Assembly: GCA_030550775.1 (NCBI GenBank)
Contig: JAUQOS010000005.1
Span: forward strand, 1-52,265
DNA: 52,265 bases
Reading direction: 5' to 3'
Source: Armatimonadota bacterium
GTDB lineage: Bacteria > Armatimonadota > Fimbriimonadia > Fimbriimonadales > GBS-DC
The stretch's first letter is position 1; every line of letters starts with the position of its first letter. The notes under the pieces were generated by a model, which saw only the letters and a program-made list of their open reading frames with translations, searched no databases and had not been told where the DNA came from. Of the stretch, positions 1-9,936 are shown piece by piece. The position numbers were made by a program, and so were the translations under genes.

Positions 1-2
1 TG

Positions 3-1190
3 CTTGCCTGCGGACACGCCCAATGGTCCGTTACCGACCTGCACGGCATCTATGTGCCCAATCAGGGCGGCACGGCGAACTACGCCTGGCGCATCTCGGA
101 GCGAACCGCCGATAACAACTATAAGCCCTACATCGTCGGGCAGGCAGGACAGGGGATTTTTGGCTTCCCCGTCGCCTACCGCTATCAGCTGGGGCAAGAT
201 TTAGTGGGTCAGCCGAGTGTCGTGATTGGCAGCGCGGTCGCCTACGGGGTGAACAACAAGGGCTGGGTTGTTGGACGCGACACGGCAAGCCAGCGCGCGA
301 TGGTCTGGCATCCTACCTACGGTAAGCAGCTGATTAGCACGCCAGCGAATATGATTGCGAACACCGCCTTCGACATCAACGACAACGGCGTCATCGTGGG
401 CTATGCGCCTGGTGGGTTCTTCAACGTGGGCGGCGGCTTCGTCTCCTACTTCAACGCCAGCGACGGCAGCACCACGACCCACTTCCTGGACCAGACCTAT
501 GGCAACCCGTCGGCGGGAACCAGCATCAACAACGCGGGTACAGCGGGCGGCGGTACAGGCGTCTCGAGTGGCTGGGGCGCTGAGCCGTACATCGAGCCAG
601 GGCAGGCGGCAGGCTGGGTTAACCTTGACCCGATAACACCTGGGCCAGGCACCTATGTTGGCGCGCCGATTGTGCCCCCAGGCTTACCCGGCGCGAATGT
701 GCTCATCTGGGACATTTCCGAAGGCGCGATCCCTACATACGCCGCGGGCTACACGGTCTACCTCTATTCCAGCGGGGGCCCGTTTCCCGTGGTGTATGTG
801 TGGGGCGGCTTTGGATACAATGTGACTGCGCTGCCGCTGCCTGCAGGCGCTACAGGCGGGCGCGCCTACGGCGTCAACGACCTGGGACATGTCGTTGGCT
901 ACTATTTCGACGCGACGGGATCCCAGCGCGCCGCCCTCTGGTTCCTTACGGGCGGCGGGAACTGGCAGATTGTCGACCTGACCACGCTTGCCCAAAGCGC
1001 AGGCTACATGGGCTGGACGCTGTACGCTGCGCTTGATATCAACAACGACATGTGCATCGTCGGCTACGGACTCGACCCCCAGAATCGCCTGACCTCCTAT
1101 GTGATGTGCGTGGTGCCGGAGCCGGCGTCGATGCTTGCGCTGGGCGTCGGGCTGGCGGGTCTCATCGGGCTGCATCGACGCAAACGCTAA
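3..1190 (+). CDS. Secreted PEP-CTERM protein with HAF-like extracellular repeats (5'-truncated by window edge)
   Basis: Frame is open from base 3 (LACGHAQ/W, resembling a signal peptide end). Repeats such as AYGVNNKGWVVG, AFDINDNGVIVG, AYGVNDLGHVVG. C-terminus VPEPASMLALGVGLAGLIGLHRRKR. Confidence 0.88.
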   Translation, partial: LACGHAQWSVTDLHGIYVPNQGGTANYAWRISERTADNNYKPYIVGQAGQGIFGFPVAYRYQLGQDLVGQPSVVIGSAVAYGVNNKGWVVGRDTASQRAMVWHPTYGKQLISTPANMIANTAFDINDNGVIVGYAPGGFFNVGGGFVSYFNASDGSTTTHFLDQTYGNPSAGTSINNAGTAGGGTGVSSGWGAEPYIEPGQAAGWVNLDPITPGPGTYVGAPIVPPGLPGANVLIWDISEGAIPTYAAGYTVYLYSSGGPFPVVYVWGGFGYNVTALPLPAGATGGRAYGVNDLGHVVGYYFDATGSQRAALWFLTGGGNWQIVDLTTLAQSAGYMGWTLYAALDINNDMCIVGYGLDPQNRLTSYVMCVVPEPASMLALGVGLAGLIGLHRRKR

Positions 1191-1219
1191 GCGCGCTTAC
1201 GGTGTGCTTCCATTCAGGG

Positions 1220-1248
1220 CGGGACGCTCACCATTTGTGAGCGTCCCG
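1220..1248 (+). terminator. 12-bp perfect hairpin after the PEP-CTERM gene
   Basis: CGGGACGCTCAC-cattt-GTGAGCGTCCCG; no clear U-tract. Confidence 0.55.
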
Positions 1249-1292
1249 TGTAATGCTCCTGTAATGTTTTGGGCAACAAGTTTTGTTATACT
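1249..1292 (+). promoter_or_regulatory. Extended -10 promoter with tandem heptamer repeats
   Basis: TGTAATG at 1249 and 1260 (11-bp period); TGtTATACT at 1284-1292. Confidence 0.55.
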
Positions 1293-1330
1293 CCCGTTAA
1301 CGGTGGCGTAAGAAACAGGGAGGTTGCGCA

Positions 1331-1540
1331 ATGCATAGTGGCTGGCGCTGGACAGTTTGGATTCTGAAGGAGTGGGAAACCGCGTTGTCGGGGCAGGATG
1401 CGAGAAGTCGCTCTTGCTCGATACCAGAAACGTCTGCTTCTGCCCCTATCGGAGACACTCCTCTCAGCTCTGGTGCTGCCATTATCGGGTTGGTTGCCCC
1501 GCCCACCCTTTCAGGAGGTGTACGACGATGGAATCGATGA
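1331..1540 (+). CDS. Putative 69-aa Trp-rich upstream peptide
   Basis: GGGAGG 7 nt before the ATG; stop overlaps the start region of the next gene (ATGA at 1537-1540). Confidence 0.3.
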   Translation: MHSGWRWTVWILKEWETALSGQDARSRSCSIPETSASAPIGDTPLSSGAAIIGLVAPPTLSGGVRRWNR

Positions 1541-3816
1541 GACGACTCGGTTGGTTGGTAAGCGTGTTCGCCGTGTGTGCCTTCGCGCACGCACAACGCC
1601 CCCCAATCGCTTGGATCGGTGGGGGCGAAGTGTCTACCTATATCGGGTTCTATTTCCAAGACGACCGGTATTTTGTGACCAGCGAAGGATTTTACATCCA
1701 CTTCTGGCGTCTGTCGGACAACAAACTAGTGCGCACACTGACAGGGCGTCAACTATTCGGGCGCTCCCTGTACAGTGCGTCTCTGGCTCCTATGCCGAAC
1801 CGCCAGCAGCTGGTGGTGGCCTATCCCGACACAGACCCCGATACAGGCTATCGCGGGATTCGCATCCGCATCCTGCAGCCCGACGCGAATCTGGATAACT
1901 GGACGACCACGGCGCAAGGCGGCTCATTCGTAGAGGACGGAACGGAGGAGGACGAGCCAGGCAACGCCGCAGCGCTCGCGATTAGCCCCGATGGGCAATA
2001 CATTGCAGTGGGCGGCGGCGATGCTGCAGGCTTCACCCGGCATGGGCTTGTGCTGTACCGCGTCAACGGCACTCAGATTGAGCGCACGCAGTACCTTGTG
2101 CGCAATCCGAGCTGGGCGCCAATCTTTGCCGCAGCGTTCTCGCCCGACGGCGAATGGCTGTTCGCCGGCAGCGCGGGCGGCTGGGTATTTGTCTACAAAC
2201 GCCAAGCAAACGGCACTTACGCCTACCACCAGCGCTTCATCATCGGCGGCAACGGCTTTTATATCAACTGCTTCGCCTTCGCTAACCGTCCCGATGGGCT
2301 CTACGTGGCGGTTGGCGTAATGCCCAACGGCATTATTGAAATGCGTCGCTTCAACCCCGTGTTCAACGAATGGCGACTTTACATGCAGTGGCAGACACCA
2401 GACCAGAGCGCGCCAACCTCCAGCGTGAACGCGCTGCAGTTCTCGCCCGACGGGAGCCGATTGGCTGCCGCCTATGGCTCCTCGGCGTTCGGTGTGGTGT
2501 TCTACGATCCCTATCTGCGCATCTACCAAATCAACTACAGCAGCGACCCCGATTATCGCGGAGCAACGCCCATTTTTCAGGAAGTGTTCCCATATGATGT
2601 GGTCACGGTGGCTGCCTACAACGCCAACGCTTCGGAGCTGATTTCGGGCACGCGCAACGGCGACCTGCGCCGCTGGAGCCTGGAAACGCGGGAGTACACT
2701 GCCCTACCACACCATCGCGGATTCCTCACCGCGCTGGCTTGGTCGCCTGACGGCACAAAAATCGCCACCGCTGCTCAGTCGAACTACTCCGTTCCTACGC
2801 AAACCTTCGTGTGGGATTTCGCCAGTCAGTCGGTGCAGGCACGGATCAACCATTTAGATTCGTGGATTGGCGCACTCGCCTTTTCACCCAATGGCAACTA
2901 TGTGGCGACTGCCGGGCGCGCCCTGCCCGACCGAACTATCGACCTGTGGGACGCAACCACGGGCGACTTTGTAGTTACCATCGGCACGCTGAGCTACAAC
3001 GGCAGCGGGCTGGCGTTCTCACCCGACGGGCAGTATCTCTATGCCGCTGCACGCAACGGCGAGCTAAAAGCATTCCAACGCGGTGCAGACTGGCAAACTT
3101 GGACGGAAATCGCGCAGACCAACGCCCCTGATAACGCCCTGACCCCCGTGCAGATTGCGCTCTCGCCCGACGGCAGCCGACTGGCCGTGGGTTCTCAGGA
3201 GAGGGTGCAAATCTACCTGACGCCGTACCTGACGCTGGAACGCCAGATTACGGTTGCGACCGAGCCTGAGCGCATTATGAGCGTCGCCTGGTCGCCCGAC
3301 GGACGCTACATCGCTGCGGGCACGCGCAACGTGCAACCCGCGCCGGTATACCTTATCAATACAGCCGACTGGAGTGTTCGTCGGCTGCCTACCGCCGACA
3401 ACGGCTATGAGGTCTATGCCATCTCCTTCACACCTGATGGATGTTATGTGTTGGGCGCGGGCTCGCAAAATAGCGACGGCTCGGGCGCAAACCTGATGTT
3501 GTGGCACACAGGCAGTGGAACGCTGGCAACCCAGTACGATGATGAAACGCTCTTTCTCATTCAGGGGGCAGCCTTCTCGCCTGATGGACGCTACATCGCC
3601 TATGGGCGCGACGACGGCTCGCTGGTCGTGGCGAATAACCCGTTCTATCGCCGCGCGGGCGATGTCAATCGGGACGGCTGCGTGAATGATACTGACCTGC
3701 TGCTGGTACTGTTCAACTTCGGCGGCAACGACCCGAACGCCGATCTGAACTGCGATGGCGTGGTGAACGACTCCGACCTGCTAATCGTGTTGTTCAACTT
3801 CGGAAGCGGGTGTTGA
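1528..3816 (+). CDS. Secreted WD40 beta-propeller protein with C-terminal GC-ending dockerin-like domain
   Basis: AGGAGG at 1513-1518; signal peptide MESMRRLGWLVSVFAVCAFAHAQ; many (F/W)SPDG repeats; C-terminus GDVNRDGCVNDTDLLLVLFNFG...DLNCDGVVNDSDLLIVLFNFGSGC. Confidence 0.88.
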   Translation: MESMRRLGWLVSVFAVCAFAHAQRPPIAWIGGGEVSTYIGFYFQDDRYFVTSEGFYIHFWRLSDNKLVRTLTGRQLFGRSLYSASLAPMPNRQQLVVAYPDTDPDTGYRGIRIRILQPDANLDNWTTTAQGGSFVEDGTEEDEPGNAAALAISPDGQYIAVGGGDAAGFTRHGLVLYRVNGTQIERTQYLVRNPSWAPIFAAAFSPDGEWLFAGSAGGWVFVYKRQANGTYAYHQRFIIGGNGFYINCFAFANRPDGLYVAVGVMPNGIIEMRRFNPVFNEWRLYMQWQTPDQSAPTSSVNALQFSPDGSRLAAAYGSSAFGVVFYDPYLRIYQINYSSDPDYRGATPIFQEVFPYDVVTVAAYNANASELISGTRNGDLRRWSLETREYTALPHHRGFLTALAWSPDGTKIATAAQSNYSVPTQTFVWDFASQSVQARINHLDSWIGALAFSPNGNYVATAGRALPDRTIDLWDATTGDFVVTIGTLSYNGSGLAFSPDGQYLYAAARNGELKAFQRGADWQTWTEIAQTNAPDNALTPVQIALSPDGSRLAVGSQERVQIYLTPYLTLERQITVATEPERIMSVAWSPDGRYIAAGTRNVQPAPVYLINTADWSVRRLPTADNGYEVYAISFTPDGCYVLGAGSQNSDGSGANLMLWHTGSGTLATQYDDETLFLIQGAAFSPDGRYIAYGRDDGSLVVANNPFYRRAGDVNRDGCVNDTDLLLVLFNFGGNDPNADLNCDGVVNDSDLLIVLFNFGSGC

Positions 3817-3829
3817 GAGTCGCCCTCAA

Positions 3830-3858
3830 CCCCCTCTCCTACAGCATAGGAGAGGGGG
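3830..3858. repeat. C/G-rich palindrome (REP-like or terminator)
   Basis: CCCCCTCTCCTA-cagca-TAGGAGAGGGGG. Confidence 0.6.
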
Positions 3859-3937
3859 GCACTGCATATAAAGCGTATGCAACTGCGTGCGAAGCGCATG
3901 TAACGTACACTTGACGAGGGCAAGGAGGAGGTAAATA

Positions 3938-4747
3938 GTGAAACAACGCGGCTTCACATTGATAGAGCTCTTGGTGGTTATCGCAATTGTCGCCATCTTA
4001 GCAGCGATTCTGTTTCCTGTGCTGGCGCAGGCGCGCGAGTCGGCACGCCAAACCGTTTGTTTGAGCAACATGAAACAGATTGGCACGGCAATGAGGCTTT
4101 ATCTCAGCGACTATGACGAGACTTGGTTTCCTGCCTACACGCGCGAGCGGATTCCCACGCACCCGTATGCGTATCGTCCATGGCTAGGTTACGATACACG
4201 GAACGCTCCTCCTGATGGTTGCTATTATGGCGATATCACGAAGGAGGCACGTTATCCGATCCGCATAGGGTTGATAGATACCTACCTGAAGAGCAACGAG
4301 GTCAAACGCTGCCCCAGCATGCCAAGTCAGTGGCAATCGTCGTATGCGCTGAACTTTTTCAGGGGCAATTTTGATTCTCCGTATTATAGTCGCAATCCGC
4401 GTGCTCGTGGCAACGAATACAGCCCCGTTTCCAAGCGCGAAGAAGGTGGGCTGTGCCTTGTTTACCCCGCGCCCGATGCGGAGGTGGAAGAGCCCTCGCG
4501 TACCATGATTATGTGGGAACATGGTTACAAAGTGCCGTTGTGTAATTGGTTGCAGCAGGCGAACTGGCCCCTGCGTGGGCAAGAATGGACGCAAGGCCCG
4601 CCGCGCCTGCGGGAGTATATTGAGCATTTTAACTTTCTGCATCGGGACGGCTCGAACACGCTGTGGGCGGACGGGCATGCGAAGCGGGTGCTTTATGATC
4701 AGCTGCGTCGTCCGATGTTCTCGGCGCAGAAGCAGATTTACGAATGA
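3938..4747 (+). CDS. Prepilin-type N-terminal cleavage/methylation and H-X9-DG domain protein (DUF1559-like)
   Basis: [52 protein letters not shown]; strong SD AAGGAGGAGG. Confidence 0.92.
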   Translation: MKQRGFTLIELLVVIAIVAILAAILFPVLAQARESARQTVCLSNMKQIGTAMRLYLSDYDETWFPAYTRERIPTHPYAYRPWLGYDTRNAPPDGCYYGDITKEARYPIRIGLIDTYLKSNEVKRCPSMPSQWQSSYALNFFRGNFDSPYYSRNPRARGNEYSPVSKREEGGLCLVYPAPDAEVEEPSRTMIMWEHGYKVPLCNWLQQANWPLRGQEWTQGPPRLREYIEHFNFLHRDGSNTLWADGHAKRVLYDQLRRPMFSAQKQIYE

Positions 4748-7700
4748 TACGCGCACGGCTGTTAGGCGAGTTTGAGGTGGAGGTAGACGGTCGGCGGGTA
4801 GAGCGGTTTCGCACGCAGCGAACGGCGTTGCTGCTGGCGTATTTATTGCGCTACCCGCAGCCGCATGCACGCGAGGATTTGGCACGCCTGTTGTGGGGTG
4901 AGCTGGCGGACGAGGCGGCGATGAATAACCTGCGGGTGAGCCTGAGCAGTCTGCGGGCGATTCTGGAGCCGCCGGGCGTCCCGCGCGGCAGCGTTCTGCA
5001 AACCACACGGCGCACGGTTGGTTTGAATCCCGCTCAGGTGGAGACCGATGTCGCGCAGTTTGAGGCTGCAGTTCGGCACTGGCGCGCCGCGACCGAAGAG
5101 TCGGAGCGGATGGCGTGGGCTAATCGGGCGCGTAGCCTTTATCAAGGTGCGTTTTTGCAGGGCTTTGAGGCGCCGTGGATTCATCGAGAGCGCGAGCGTC
5201 TTCAACAGCTGTACGAGGCGTTGCCCGTGCCGACGGAGCCTGCTGCTGAGGCGCCGCCCATCAGCCTTGTCAGCAGTATACCGGCTCGCCCGATAAGTGG
5301 GCTGGGCGTGGTAGTTGGCGTTCAATGGGGTGGTTCGGCGCAGGCAGACCCACAGTGGGTGCGCTCGGCGGTTGCGGTGTGTGGGGGCGCGCCCTTACAG
5401 ACGCTGCCTAACGGTTTGCTGGCGTTTTTCACCGACTTAGACAAGCTTGTGCGTTTTCTGCTGGAGGTTGCCCGCCACCACCCTGAGGCGGTGTTAGCGC
5501 TGGATTTAGGGCATCTGCGCGTGGTGCGCCAGCGGTATGAGGGGGCGCCGCTGCGGGTAGTGGAACGCCTGCTGCAACTGGAGGGCAGTGGGTATGCTCT
5601 GTGCACGCAGCGGGTGGTAGCCGTGCTGCCACAAGCGCTTACTCGGCACCCGATTCAGGCGCACCCGCTTGGCGCCTATTGGCTTAGTGCGGAGTTTCCC
5701 CAAGAGCCGCTGTTTGCGTTGGCGCTGCCCGGCTGGCAGGTGCCCACGCACTTGCAGATCCCTGCTGCCTTTAGCGCTGCACTGCCACACCTGGCTACCT
5801 CCTTTATTGGGCGGGAAGCCGACCTTGCGTCGGCGGTTGCGGCGCTTCAAACGAACGGAGCACGCCTTTACACCATCATAGGGGCTCCTGGCAGCGGCAA
5901 AACGCGCTTTGCAATTGAGGTTGCTCGGCACACAGAATCGATTTTCGGGGAAGCCCGCTGGTGGATTACCATAGCGCACCCGACCGAGTCAATTCTTGAG
6001 GTATGGGCACGATGCTTGAGATGGGATACGGCGCGCCTGCAGCAGTTGCCGCTGCTGTTGGCAGGCATTTTGGGCAATCGGCGCGCACTACTAGTAATCG
6101 ACTGGCTACATCTGCCTTCCGACGCCCAACGCACGGAACTTCAAGCGCTGCTGCACGATATCCCCACGCTAACCGTACTGACTTCGGCGCCGACCGCACT
6201 GAACCTACCCGACGAGCAGATTATTGAACTGCATCCGCTGGAAGTACCTCCCGACACTGTCAATACGGTGGACGCGCTTTGGCGCTATGGTGCGGTGCGT
6301 TTGTTTGTGGAGCGTGCAAGGCAAGCAAACCCTGATTTTCGCCTCACCGAAGGCAACGCCCCTCTGGTGGCTGCAATTAGCCGTTTGTTGAGCGGGCTGC
6401 CGTTAGCTATTGAGTTGGCTGCGGCGCGTTTGAGTTCGGTTTCGCTGGCGCAACTGGTGCAACGCTTGGAAGACACTCGCCTTTGGAAGCGTCCTGCTGC
6501 AGCCAGCGCGTTTGGACGTTCGCTATGGGATTCGCTGACCGCCTGTTATATGATGTTGCCCCCACCGCAGCAGACGCTGCTCAATCGCCTGAGCGTGTTG
6601 TCGGGAGGCTGGACGCCCGAGTGCGCGTGCGAAGTGTTGGGGGTGCCTTGCGAGGAGCTGGATACCTTGGTGCGCACGGGCTTGGTGCGCCTCAACGAAG
6701 GGCGCTATGAGATGCCTCCGCTGGTGCGCCAGTTCGCAGCGCAGTTTACCTCCAGCAACGACCGTCGGGCGGTGCTGAGCCGTTATCTCTACTACTGGTG
6801 TGAACAGTTGGAGCGAGCGGCGCCGCAGGCTGTGGATTGGGCGCGCTTGGAAGCGGAGCGCCACAACCTTGATGCAGTGCTGGAGTGGAGCACTCACCAC
6901 GAGCCGTTGAGCGCGCTGCGCTTGGCTCTTGTGTTGACGCCATTTTGGGAGGCGCGCGGCGGCAGTGCACGCGTGCTGCATGCGCTCACGCAGTTGCCAG
7001 CTCACCTCACTCGCCCCGAAGAGCAACTCCAAGCGGCTCGGATTGCCGCGGTGCTTGCCATTCGTCGTGGGGCGCACGCCGACGCCCATCGTCTCTTGCA
7101 CACTTTTCTACCCGTGGCGGACGCACATCCGCAGCTGATTCAAGCCGCCCGCCTGTGGTTCGCAGCTGGCTTTTATCACTGGTCGGCGGGCAACCTCTCG
7201 GAAAGCGAGCGCTACCTGCGCATGGCGTTGGAACGCAGTCGCGCGTTAGGCGCCGCCGATGACCAAGCGGAGGTACTGCTCCATTTGGGCGTCGTGTTGT
7301 GGATTCAAGAACGCTTGGATGAAGCCGCCACGATGTTGGAGCAAGCCACTGAGCAAGCAGCGGGGCGATTACCGCGCTTGCAGCTGAACGCGTTGGGCAA
7401 CTTGGCTTCCGTGCGCTATCAACAGGGCGACCTTGCCCAAGCCGAACTGTTGCTCCAGCAGGCACAAACCTTAGCCCTGCAACAAGGCGACCTACGCACG
7501 CTCGCCACTATGCTCAACAATCAAGGCGTTTGGCAGGCCGAGCGAGGCAACTTCGAACGCGCCCGACAACTTTATTATGAGTCGCTAAGCCTGTGGCGTC
7601 GCATCAGTGAGCCAATGGGCGAAGCTGTGTGCACGAACAACTTGGGCGATCTTGCCCTCCGTGAAGGAGACTATGAGACTGCCGAGTCGCTTTTTCGGCA

Positions 7701-8142
7701 GAGTGCGCGCATGGCGCGGCGCTACCGCATCGGATGGTATCTGTACCATCCGCTCCAAAACTTGGCTGAAACCGCCGCGCGGCGCGGCGATTGGTGCGAT
7801 GCGCTCGTGTGGGCACGCCGTTGCTTGCATGCGCTCAATGGCTATCAATCTTCCGCGCCTCTACGCCTAAAAACACTGCATCAAGTGGCGCGCTATGCAC
7901 TGCAGACGGGCGACTACCGCCTTGCGGCGCAAGCGCTGTTTGCTGTAGCCCGCCTGAACGAAACACCAGATTCTAGCCTTTTGGATCAGGTTGAACAATC
8001 ACTGGGGGCAACCCAACTGAGCGCAATTCGGCAACAGGTGGAACAGATGCCCCTGCCCGAGCTGCTGTCTATGATTGCCCTTGCTGACGAGTGGAGCAAT
8101 CCTGGGGCGACAGATAGCGGTGGGGGTGTGCATCAGTCATAG
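4744..8142 (+). CDS. AfsR/SARP-type regulator: wHTH-BTAD, degenerate cyclase-like region, NB-ARC-like ATPase, TPR repeats
   Basis: [40 protein letters not shown]; Walker A GAPGSGKT; [12 protein letters not shown]; C-terminal TPRs (LGNLA, NNLG). Confidence 0.88.
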   Translation: MIRARLLGEFEVEVDGRRVERFRTQRTALLLAYLLRYPQPHAREDLARLLWGELADEAAMNNLRVSLSSLRAILEPPGVPRGSVLQTTRRTVGLNPAQVETDVAQFEAAVRHWRAATEESERMAWANRARSLYQGAFLQGFEAPWIHRERERLQQLYEALPVPTEPAAEAPPISLVSSIPARPISGLGVVVGVQWGGSAQADPQWVRSAVAVCGGAPLQTLPNGLLAFFTDLDKLVRFLLEVARHHPEAVLALDLGHLRVVRQRYEGAPLRVVERLLQLEGSGYALCTQRVVAVLPQALTRHPIQAHPLGAYWLSAEFPQEPLFALALPGWQVPTHLQIPAAFSAALPHLATSFIGREADLASAVAALQTNGARLYTIIGAPGSGKTRFAIEVARHTESIFGEARWWITIAHPTESILEVWARCLRWDTARLQQLPLLLAGILGNRRALLVIDWLHLPSDAQRTELQALLHDIPTLTVLTSAPTALNLPDEQIIELHPLEVPPDTVNTVDALWRYGAVRLFVERARQANPDFRLTEGNAPLVAAISRLLSGLPLAIELAAARLSSVSLAQLVQRLEDTRLWKRPAAASAFGRSLWDSLTACYMMLPPPQQTLLNRLSVLSGGWTPECACEVLGVPCEELDTLVRTGLVRLNEGRYEMPPLVRQFAAQFTSSNDRRAVLSRYLYYWCEQLERAAPQAVDWARLEAERHNLDAVLEWSTHHEPLSALRLALVLTPFWEARGGSARVLHALTQLPAHLTRPEEQLQAARIAAVLAIRRGAHADAHRLLHTFLPVADAHPQLIQAARLWFAAGFYHWSAGNLSESERYLRMALERSRALGAADDQAEVLLHLGVVLWIQERLDEAATMLEQATEQAAGRLPRLQLNALGNLASVRYQQGDLAQAELLLQQAQTLALQQGDLRTLATMLNNQGVWQAERGNFERARQLYYESLSLWRRISEPMGEAVCTNNLGDLALREGDYETAESLFRQSARMARRYRIGWYLYHPLQNLAETAARRGDWCDALVWARRCLHALNGYQSSAPLRLKTLHQVARYALQTGDYRLAAQALFAVARLNETPDSSLLDQVEQSLGATQLSAIRQQVEQMPLPELLSMIALADEWSNPGATDSGGGVHQS

Positions 8143-9080
8143 GTACCCATCCGTTCACCCACTTGGGGGCGATAGCCGTTGATGAAGGCGCGGGCGTCCA
8201 TGCGGGCGCGGTTTTCTGGCTGCAGCTCCAGCAGGCGTAGTGCGCCCCTGCCGCAGGCGACCAAAAACCGTTCAGGTGATACCGAGAGAATAGTGCCTGG
8301 CTCCGCAGTTGGGGCGTCGGGCACGACTTCCGCCCTCCATAGTTTGAGCAGTTTACCGCGCCAAGTGGTAAACGCGCCGGGCTTGGGCGAAAAGGCGCGG
8401 ATACGGTTGCGGCATCGCTCAGCGGGTTCGTCCCAGCGGAGGCGGGCGTCCTCTTTGCTCAGCAGCGGGGCGTAGGTAGCTTCTGCGGGGTTTTGGGGCG
8501 TGCGTGTGAGGGTGCCCCCTTCCAAGCGTGCTAGCCCTTCCAACAGCAGTTGGGCAGCGCGCTGGGCTAACCGCGCCTCCAAGCTACCGTAATCATCCTC
8601 AGGTCGGATGGGCTCTACCACCTGCAGATAGATATCGCCTGCATCCAGCTCAGCGGTCATCTCCATCAGTGTGACGCCCGTTTCAGTTTCGCCGTTGAGC
8701 AAAGCGTACTGGATGGGCGCGGCGCCGCGATATTTGGGCAGCAGCGAGGCGTGCAGGTTCCAGTTGCCCAGTGGGGCAATCTCCAGCAGGGCTTGGGGCA
8801 AAATCTTGCCGTAGGCAGCCAGCACGATAAGATCGGGCGCCAACGCACGCATCTGTGCGAGGAACTCAGGGTCGCGTGCACGAGCAGGCGTGAGTACAGG
8901 CAATTCCAGCTGCTCGGCGCGAGTGTGCACGGGCGTTTTGTGCATCTGCATGCCGCGTCCCGCGGGTTTGGGCGGCTGGCTCACCACCGTAAGAATAGGA
9001 TATCCCGCGTGATGGAGCGCTTCCAACGCGGGCACAGCAAATGTCCCAGAGCCGAAAAACACAACACGCGGGCGACTCAG
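8133..9080 (-). CDS. fmt: Methionyl-tRNA formyltransferase (start probably CTG at 9080)
   Basis: VVFFGS..FA, PPKPAGRG, AYGKILP, NLHASLLPKYRGAAPIQ, LDAGD; directly downstream of def. Confidence 0.95.
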   Translation of the reverse strand: MSRPRVVFFGSGTFAVPALEALHHAGYPILTVVSQPPKPAGRGMQMHKTPVHTRAEQLELPVLTPARARDPEFLAQMRALAPDLIVLAAYGKILPQALLEIAPLGNWNLHASLLPKYRGAAPIQYALLNGETETGVTLMEMTAELDAGDIYLQVVEPIRPEDDYGSLEARLAQRAAQLLLEGLARLEGGTLTRTPQNPAEATYAPLLSKEDARLRWDEPAERCRNRIRAFSPKPGAFTTWRGKLLKLWRAEVVPDAPTAEPGTILSVSPERFLVACGRGALRLLELQPENRARMDARAFINGYRPQVGERMGTYD

Positions 9081-9619
9081 AGGTTCTCCTCCTCGTTCTC
9101 GCGTCGAGGATGCTCCCAATACAGCGATTCAGGAACCGCGCGGTCAATAAATAGAACACCGTCCAAGTGGTCTACTTCGTGCATGGCGATTCGGGCGGGG
9201 TCGCCCTCCAAGGTGAGGCGGATCGGTTTGCCGTGTCGGTTGATGCCTCGTAGCACAATGTGCTTAGGGCGCTTGACATAGCCGAACAGCTGGGGGATGC
9301 TGAGACAGCCCTCCAGTCCTGTTTGTTCGCCTGCGCGTTCCAGTACCTGCGGGTTGAGCACCACTCGCGGGGCTTGGTCCTCGGGGGCGATGATAATCAA
9401 TCGCAGGGGCACGCCCACCTGAGGGGCTGCCAGCCCCACGCCATTGGCACGCTTCATCGCCACAAGCATGTAGTCAATCAACTCGTGGATTTCGGGCGTG
9501 ATGCGTTGTACGGGCTTGGCAACCTTGCGCAGCAACGGGTCGGGATATTTCACAATCCCGTCGTCGCGCTCAAAATAAATGCGGAACTCTGCTGGAATCT
9601 CAATATCGCGCAGTTTCAT
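9077..9619 (-). CDS. def: Peptide deformylase
   Basis: GVGLAAPQVG, EGCLS and HEVDH motifs. Start may be the ATG at 9619 or a TTG at 9628/9631. Confidence 0.95.
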   Translation of the reverse strand: MKLRDIEIPAEFRIYFERDDGIVKYPDPLLRKVAKPVQRITPEIHELIDYMLVAMKRANGVGLAAPQVGVPLRLIIIAPEDQAPRVVLNPQVLERAGEQTGLEGCLSIPQLFGYVKRPKHIVLRGINRHGKPIRLTLEGDPARIAMHEVDHLDGVLFIDRAVPESLYWEHPRRENEEENL

Positions 9620-9633
9620 CGCTTGCAACAACG

Positions 9634-9661
9634 ATTATACCCCCGCCAGCGCAGGTATAAT
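9634..9661. promoter_or_regulatory. Divergent -10 elements
   Basis: TATAAT on the minus strand (9634-9639) and on the plus strand (9656-9661). Confidence 0.55.
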
Positions 9662-9936
9662 CAACGCGCGATGATGCGCCCGCCAGCCGCCAACCGCGCA
9701 ACTGATAGCGCACGCGAGCAGCTTTCATTCACCTACTTTGTCGCTAGGTAGCTGATAAGCCCGCGTAGGTAGCCTTGTCTGCGTACAAGCGATTGTAGCC
9801 GTCAAGGAGTTTGCACGCCGAACTAAAGGCAAGCCACCACGCGTTGGTAGGTGCCTGAGTTAGGTATACTCTACACGCTTGCTTGGGCATTACCGAATGC
9901 TTGGAGGAATTTGAGCAACAAGGAGGAGCGAGTAAG

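Noticed and set aside
9671-9751. 26-aa ORF after the plus-strand TATAAT
   Set aside because: No SD and no recognisable features; adjacent sequence is repeat-derived. A short transcript cannot be excluded.
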